Source of the DNA: Amphiscolops sp. MND2022
Taxonomy: Eukaryota
Assembly: GCA_964187785.1 (NCBI GenBank)
Contig: OZ076409.1
Span: 10,108,001 to 10,172,000 of the forward strand
Reading direction: 5' to 3'
Length of the DNA: 64,000 nucleotides
The translations under genes were made by a program, and so were the position numbers. Within the stretch, counting starts at the first letter, position 1; each line of letters starts with the position of its first letter. The notes under the pieces were generated by a model that was not told the DNA's origin, made no database searches, and saw only the letters and a list, made by a program, of their open reading frames with translations. Below are positions 61,731 through 64,000 of this stretch, piece after piece.

Positions 61731-63976
61731 TGGCCCCGTGGAATCCGCCGCCACCCCATTAGATACCGGTGACATCGCCGTGGTAATGGATCCTGAGCCC
61801 GAGCGCTCCGTAGAACCTATTGATGATGATTGCTCCAAGCCCTCCTATCACTCTGAACAATTACTTTCAGAGGCCTCGGATGTGTCGCTACCCTCTAGGC
61901 AACGCCATTGGATGGACACTAGATTGCGCACAAAGCTGCGCGCGGGAGGAACCCGGCAGCATTATCAACAGTTCGATTATTCCACGTCTGAGACCGACGA
62001 TGAAACGTCGGACGCGATGCTCCTCATTCCTACCCATTCCCTACAACTGGTCCAGACACAACCTGCAGACATCGAAGCCCCCGCCGTGCCTGCTATTTCG
62101 TCAGACACATCTATGTTCGACTGCCTTCCGCAGTTATTCTCCGATCATGAGCATAGGCGCTCACCCTCACCACAGTTATCACCGTCAGATGATCCACCGG
62201 AGCTATCCCCATCGGGTACCTCTGCTCCGCTGCTGACGCATCCTTCCTTTACCGACTACCTCAGTAAATACCCACTTTGGCCCAATCACGCCAAAGATAC
62301 CAGCGCCCCCACTTCTCGTCCGCCTACACCCCCAGCGGACCAAGCCCCACCACCATTACCCAAACCACCCACCGCTCCTTCTGTTAAAAGGGGGAAGGGG
62401 AGACCTCGGAAAAAGACAAGGGCGACAAGGGCACCCCGTTCACGTAAACCTTCGGCAAAGGCAGCGTCCAAGGTCCACGCGCCAATTTCAGACACGCAAA
62501 CGGGATCCCAACATAGATACCAATTGAGGCATAAACGGCAGCCCAGATACAAATGTGGCACCTGTGGCTTGCGCGACTGCGCATGCGTGCTAGCTGTGCA
62601 CGAGAACCGGGAGGTTCCCATTGGAGCCCGGGGAGTTCTCCCGGAGGGACGACACAATGCTGAACTGGTTCATCGTATCGTGGTGCGAGCGGAAAAGACC
62701 TTCATTGGATTAGAGCGAACCGAGAATTATTCAGCAGAAACCATCTTGCAGCGAATCGGCGTACCGGGCGTTGCGAAGGCACCATGTCCTCAATTTAAGG
62801 AATGGACAAATGACGGCAAAGGCCTAGAATTCACGCTGGCAATCGTGGTACCCCCAGTGCCCCCTAACGTCGTGTTTGGTCCGTTCAACTTTGAGCGGGA
62901 GCCAGTGCAAATGGCCAGATGCACCACTGCTGATCTACGGTTGGACCGATACGGAGTCGAGGTAGAACCAGGAGGCGAGTATAGTCCAGCCCCGCACTGG
63001 TGGTTGTTGGTGACTGCACCGCGTGAAGTTGCGCTAGTGGAACCACGGCATTTGCTGCTTTGCCTGGAACGTTTGAGGACTTCCACAACGGAACACCTAC
63101 TCTTGTGCTTCCACCTTATTGACTGGTATCGTGGGAAAGTAAAATTTGGCTGGTGGTTGGAGCTGATCATAACGTGCTTCACCAACAACCACCGCATTCG
63201 TCTATTGGACGAATGGATCCACACTTTTGAGGAACCCCCGCTAGTGAGAGCAGCATTGAACACGCTGGACACATGGGTCCGAGCAAGTGTGGATAACAAA
63301 GCGTTGCCGCGCTCGGTGTGGCAGGATTTAGCTGCAATACAGGGTCGCACCGGGTCGCACCCCACGCGTATGCTTACCCCCTGATAATGGACCGGGTCGG
63401 GAAATAGTGTATCCCGGCAGCCTGAACATGGTGGAATACATTTCTTATGACACCACTGACTTTTTGCAAGTCGAAAGGCATGTAGCCCTGGCGTGCCCGG
63501 CGGATTTAGAAACCAGCTCGGCAGCACTGCGCTACGTGTTGCGGGATTGCGGCAAGGAGCAAGTATTTTCACTGCGCCCCCGGATAGGAGAATTTCTGAC
63601 CCTGACTCCTGCAATCACCAATAAACCCACCCAGACCATACACTTGCTAATCACCCGTGCGAATCAGCGCGCCCCGCTAATAGCAGATGATTTCCTATTA
63701 TGCATGCGACAATTGACGGCATGGTTAGAGGACAGGGGTATTGCCCGAGTCCATTTTCCGATACTGGACCCCGAAAGACCAGTATTCTCCCTGACCAACC
63801 TGTAAAAGGCACTAGTGGATTTGTTCGTGGACACGAACATTCACGTGTTGCTACACAATCGCGTGTACGTGTCTATACTCGGCATAGAGATAGGTGTTAA
63901 ACCACCTGAGTGCCATCTCTCAAGTTATTCTTGCTTGAGCGAAAACTCAAGTAAATTCGGTTTTAATTTCTGTTAG
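61731..63976 (+). pseudogene. Post-integrase tail: disordered linker, AT-hook, CxxC-CxC motif and tandem macrodomain-like domains
   Basis: KRGKGRPRKK, RYKCGTCGLRDCAC; 63431-63860 follows the TARG1/OARD1 macrodomain pattern; the frame is restored by removing a 10-bp duplication at 63342-63361. Confidence 0.72.
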
Positions 63977-64000
63977 AGTACGTCTTTTCTGTCATTAAAT

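Larger units (their letters stand above)
54553..64000 (+). mobile_element. Ty3/gypsy LTR retrotransposon (element 2), internal region, running to the window edge; putative long LTR/leader from ~51 kb
   Basis: gag-PR-RT-RH-IN order, mostly in register, broken by nonsense codons and a few indels. Confidence 0.95.

Noticed and set aside
62790..63614. 274-aa antisense ORF (likewise 55079-55645 and 58448-58981)
   Set aside because: Shadow frames of the GC-richer gag-pol coding strand
56112..63805. Programmed readthrough or an alternative genetic code explaining the many in-frame stops in element 2
   Set aside because: Stops are of mixed type, fall at conserved Trp/Tyr positions and co-occur with indels; TAA, TAG and TGA terminate intact genes normally in this window

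Overview
Eukaryotic (animal-like) genomic DNA made up mostly of nested mobile elements. (1) A complete 16,742-bp Polinton/Maverick (adintovirus-like endogenous dsDNA virus) lies at 16729-33470. It has AGTAGT...ACTACT termini, ~356-bp terminal inverted repeats and a perfect 6-bp CACGAA target-site duplication. It encodes a protein-primed PolB (ZnF, OTU-like and endonuclease VII domains), adenain protease, major and minor capsid proteins, a core protein, an rve integrase, an A32-type ATPase and a DEDD nuclease-like protein. It also carries an opposite-strand pair, a PC4-like ORF and an ORF with an HUH motif, near a 498-bp tandem array. Four core genes each carry one lesion. (2) The Polinton sits inside the pol of a decayed Ty3/gypsy element (~5.5-40.4 kb) whose 5' half is amplified by nested tandem duplications (3151, ~5000, 925/1213 and 289 bp). 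(3) A better preserved, divergent relative (54.6 kb to the window end) reconstructs to a gag-pol of about 3000 codons. It has a pseudo-protease plus protease tandem and a long post-integrase tail with an AT-hook, a Cys motif and one or two TARG1/OARD1-like macrodomains; this tail is also recognisable in the first element. (4) One intronless host gene (PAN/Apple + C-type lectin), a tRNA/CORE-SINE-like relic, two foldback elements and a 200-N gap that probably hides no sequence. All domain calls are by-eye motif recognition; no database search was run.
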